This document shows positions 33,101 through 34,075 of a stretch of DNA of 34,075 nt, piece by piece. The notes beneath the pieces were generated by a model. It searched no databases and had not been told where the DNA came from. It was given only the letters and a program-made list of their open reading frames with translations. The DNA lies in contig JAZSFG010000063.1 of assembly GCA_045532065.1 (NCBI GenBank), forward strand, positions 1 to 34,075. The letters are read 5' to 3'. A program made the position numbers and the translations under genes. This DNA comes from Ruminococcus sp. GTDB taxonomy: Bacteria; Bacillota; Clostridia; Oscillospirales; Acutalibacteraceae. Position 1 is the first letter of the stretch. Each line of letters begins with the position of its first letter.

Positions 33101-34009
33101 TTATAAAACATCAAAAAGTGTGTGTAAGTTTTCGTCGGAGTACTCGATTTCGCTCGAAAACTGGCGCATAATATCAAGCTGAGTGTTAACAGAAAAATCG
33201 CCGTTCTCTGCATAATAGTGTTCACCGAGCTTGTAAATAAAATCGAGTGCGAAAGCAGTGAATCGGGCACGTTTTTGCGCTTCTTCTATGTCGGGAGCAT
33301 TTGCGAAATGGCGGTAAATAAGGTAGACGCAAAACTGTTCGTACTCGTGCTCTCTACTCTTCAAAAATTGCGAAAAGTCACTCGACTTTTTTTCTTCTTT
33401 CGCGCTTTCGAGTAGGTGCACCCACTCTTCTTCTAATATTTCGAGTGAAAGTAGAAGTCGTGAGTAATTGCTAAGGCTCTTTTTTTCATACTGAGTGTCG
33501 CACTTTTGGAGCATTTTTTCGATTCTTTCTTCGATTCTTAGCGTTCTGTCCTGTAAAATTTTTATGATTTCATCGCGTAAAACGATGATTTCGTCGTCGG
33601 TTTGCGTTTTTCCTATGAAAGTTGTTTTTTCTTTATTTGTGATGATGAGCCGACACGCTTCTTCACAGCAAAGACCTAAACCGCTTTCGATTCTGTCTGG
33701 CAGTTCGTTGTGAAAACGCGGGTGCTGCGTGCATATATCACAGATATGCTCTTCGCCTAAAGTACAGATAATATCGCACAGATTTTTATCGTTTAAAAAC
33801 GGACAACGCTCGTTTTCAGTTAAGATAAAGTGCGGTGTGTTCTCATAGCTTATGCTGTTTTTGAGTCGTTCTTTAAGCTCACCACTGTGGTTTTCGTAAA
33901 ACGACAAAGTGTCATCATCTATATCGATTTCCCACCCGATACAGCAGTTGTGCTTGCATTTGTCAGCAATACAGGTGAATTTTTCGTAGTAATCAGGATA
34001 ACAGTGCAT
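33101..34009 (-). CDS. FliB-family (flagellin lysine-N-methylase-like) Cys-cluster protein
   Basis: YPDYYEKFTCIADKCKHNCCIGWEIDID, RCPFL..LCDI...IC..HPR, GLGLCCEE, FSSEIEYSDEN; GGAGG RBS; TTGCAC-N17-TACAAT promoter 34036-34064 (-). Confidence 0.85.
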   Translation of the reverse strand: MHCYPDYYEKFTCIADKCKHNCCIGWEIDIDDDTLSFYENHSGELKERLKNSISYENTPHFILTENERCPFLNDKNLCDIICTLGEEHICDICTQHPRFHNELPDRIESGLGLCCEEACRLIITNKEKTTFIGKTQTDDEIIVLRDEIIKILQDRTLRIEERIEKMLQKCDTQYEKKSLSNYSRLLLSLEILEEEWVHLLESAKEEKKSSDFSQFLKSREHEYEQFCVYLIYRHFANAPDIEEAQKRARFTAFALDFIYKLGEHYYAENGDFSVNTQLDIMRQFSSEIEYSDENLHTLFDVL

Positions 34010-34075
34010 ATTTACCCTCCTTTAAAAGCACTTATATTGTAGCATATATGTAGGCTTTGTGCAAAAACATTTACT

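Noticed and set aside
1-34075. tRNA/rRNA genes, transposase, integrase, prophage or defence genes
   Set aside because: None recognised; remaining short ORFs in the track overlap assigned genes and lack support

Overview
Chromosomal segment (about 41% GC by eye) from a Clostridia/Oscillospiraceae bacterium; two dockerin-bearing secreted proteins suggest a Ruminococcus (bromii-like) organism (inference). In order: end of the infB-rbfA-DHH(nrnA-like)-truB operon; DUF6062-like gene; an about 262-bp inverted-repeat-bounded MITE-like element; OGG-type DNA glycosylase; several membrane/hypothetical genes; DUF1015; HAD; a marR-ABC-ABC-Fe-ADH-LOG operon; DAGK-family kinase; K+-dependent membrane pyrophosphatase (hppA); a dockerin protein; a complex intergenic region (structured repeat, LexA-like box, phased direct repeats, 56-aa ORF); a yybP-ykoY riboswitch before a Ca2+/Na+ antiporter; a large modular dockerin glycoside hydrolase; a lysine riboswitch before an NhaC-family transporter; uridine-kinase-like and formyltransferase genes; and a SCIFF ranthipeptide locus (scfA, missing from the ORF track, plus scfB) coupled to a PLP decarboxylase and convergent with a FliB-like gene. 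The most notable non-annotated signals are a ~133-nt structured element present twice (4536-4667 +, 20477-20610 -) with clear compensatory base changes, the MITE-like insertion in a 5' UTR, a DnaJ-type Cys finger inside the NhaC transporter, and candidate tailoring enzymes around the SCIFF locus. All family assignments are from motif recognition without database searches.
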